The translations under genes were made by a program, and so were the position numbers. Positions 25,961 through 26,213 of a stretch of DNA of 26,213 nucleotides are shown one piece after another. Within the stretch, counting starts at the first letter, position 1, and each line of letters opens with the position of its first letter. The DNA is from an archaeon (lineage in GTDB: Archaea; Nanobdellota; Nanobdellia; Pacearchaeales; GW2011-AR1). The stretch covers positions 1 to 26,213 of the forward strand of contig JBDRNU010000023.1 in assembly GCA_043810775.1 (NCBI GenBank), given 5' to 3'. A model generated the notes under the pieces. It had not been told where the DNA came from. It worked only from the letters and a program-made list of their open reading frames with translations, and made no database searches.

Positions 25961-26212
25961 TTATAGTTGGTCAATTGACCACGAGGTTCCTGCACCTGGT
26001 GGAGTTCCTGAAGCTGTATATGTCCCTGCTGTTAATCCTAAAGGTACATTATAAAGACAGTACTGACTTGATACATTTCCTAAACCTGCTGAGTTATTTC
26101 CCTTATATAGATAAATACTTGGCACATTTGCCCAGGTATCACTTATCATTCCTGTTCCTGCTGTACAGACAGTGCTTGAGTTGTCACTTGCTCTGAAATT
26201 AGTTGCGTTTAG
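25961..26212 (-). CDS. C-terminal part of a secreted/surface protein (5'-truncated by window edge)
   Basis: Frame is open to the window end (LNATNFRASDNSSTVCTAGTGMISDTW...YCL-x-x-VP-x-x-x-x-x-GTY...W); Asn/Ser/Thr-rich with sequons; stop is 2 nt before the next ATG. Confidence 0.7.
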   Translation of the reverse strand, partial: LNATNFRASDNSSTVCTAGTGMISDTWANVPSIYLYKGNNSAGLGNVSSQYCLYNVPLGLTAGTYTASGTPPGAGTSWSIDQL

Positions 26213-26213
26213 A

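Overview
AT-rich archaeal chromosomal segment, most consistent with a DPANN (Nanobdellota, Pacearchaeota/Woesearchaeota-like) genome. The lineage is inferred from gene content and style, not from a search. The window has housekeeping genes (partial apgM, GINS, eS1, eL42, eS8, TFB, Sm/Lsm, RNase Z, dCMP-deaminase-like, CYTH, bacterial-type MetK, UppP), three tRNAs (Thr-UGU with a 17-nt intron, Val-GAC, Leu-UAG), several short ORFans and a set of large surface proteins. Four observations stand out. (1) A tRNA-flanked two-gene operon encodes a class III signal peptide protein and a ~1,820-aa secreted Cys-rich protein ending in an intact N-acetylmuramoyl-L-alanine amidase (Amidase_3) domain, i.e. 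a peptidoglycan hydrolase in an archaeon. (2) A two-hairpin leader RNA motif with different stems and invariant loops sits just before the start codons of two unrelated genes. (3) A duplicate of the tRNA-Leu 3' end is split by hairpin insertions. (4) An unannotated ORF looks like a highly divergent NDP kinase.
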